A DNA stretch of 63,946 nucleotides, the filler included, from Octopus bimaculoides (taxonomy: Eukaryota): the NCBI RefSeq assembly GCF_001194135.2. It is 8 parts of 8 records of this genome, joined end to end, with 100 filler letters (N's around TTAATTAATTAA, not from the genome) between each part and the next. Parts side by side here need not be neighbours in the genome. Positions count along the whole stretch, not along the records: positions 60,776 to 63,946 come from NC_068992.1; 7 more parts are not named here. One strand, given 5' to 3'. The first letter of the stretch is position 1. Every line of letters begins with the position of its first letter. A program made the position numbers and the translations under genes. Under the pieces are notes generated by a model. It saw only the letters and a list, made by a program, of their open reading frames with translations, was not told the DNA's origin and did not search any database. Of the stretch, positions 63,195 through 63,946 are shown one piece after another.

Positions 63195-63546
63195 CTTTTC
63201 TATTCCTTTTTATTCTTTAGTCGAGCAAATCCACCCCAGGGCTTATTGTTTGTAAGCCTAGTACTTATTCTGTTGGTTTCTTTTTGCTGAACCTCTAATT
63301 TACGGGGACGTAAACACACCAGGATCGGTTGTCAAGCGATCTTGGGGTGACAAACACAGACACAAACACAAACACACACACATATACGACGGACTTCTCT
63401 CAGTTTCCGTCTACCAATTGCACTCACAAGGCTTTGGTCGACCTTAGGCTATAGTAGAAGACGCTGGCCCAAAGTGCAACGCAGTGGGACTGAACCCGTA
63501 ACCACGTGGTTCGTAAGAAAGCTACGTACCACATAGCCGCTCCTGG
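63195..63546 (-). mobile_element. SINE family C, near full length, with a 3' internal deletion
   Basis: Head at about 63546, short internal (CA)n, 3' module lacking about 45 nt. Confidence 0.9.
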
Positions 63547-63846
63547 CAAGGACACATGCGAATTAGTTTTTAACGGATGGATGTGAGCATGCAGTAATGT
63601 AGGCAGGCTGGATTATAAGTATATGGATAGCAATTTTCAGAAGAAATAGATATTTATATAAAGAGATTGTCGCACTTAGACGATGCGGACACACACGCGC
63701 ACACACATACACACACACACGCATACAACCAGATATACAGATATAGGTTGGAAAGATAACTAGTAAGTTAGATTGATTGATAGAAATATAAATGGATAGG
63801 GGAATAGATAGATAGATCGATAGATAGATAGATAGATCGATCGATC

Positions 63847-63895
<49 letters not shown>

Positions 63896-63946
63896 GCAGA
63901 GAGACAAAGAGACAGACAGGGAGATAGAGAATGAGAGAATGTGAAG

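Overview
This is a repeat-saturated, AT-rich metazoan draft scaffold with many N gaps. The SINE repertoire and the density of (TA)n/(CA)n/(GATA)n/(TAA)n tracts strongly suggest an octopod cephalopod (inferred from memory of Octopus repeats, not database-checked). I cannot support any intact host gene. Almost all ORFs in the supplied track are microsatellite or N-gap artefacts, and only a few low-confidence candidate exons remain. The window holds at least four tRNA-headed SINE families (labelled A-D here) and one unclassified (TAA)-flanked repeat (E). It also holds seven copies from about four families of R4/Dong-type RLE retrotransposons, mostly stacked in (TAA)n tracts, plus Tx1, RTE and probable CR1 remnants. 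DNA elements include a decayed Tc1, a mariner derivative, MITE/foldback elements and two non-autonomous Helitrons. The most interesting signals are two Penelope-type type I hammerhead ribozymes with palindromic stem III. One sits in the 3' module of a tRNA-headed SINE (32189-32234), suggesting a SINE that carries a ribozyme and may be mobilised by Penelope-like elements. The other is a free-standing, slightly decayed copy with a long interrupted stem I (38364-38464). All coordinates were read by eye and may be off by a few bases.
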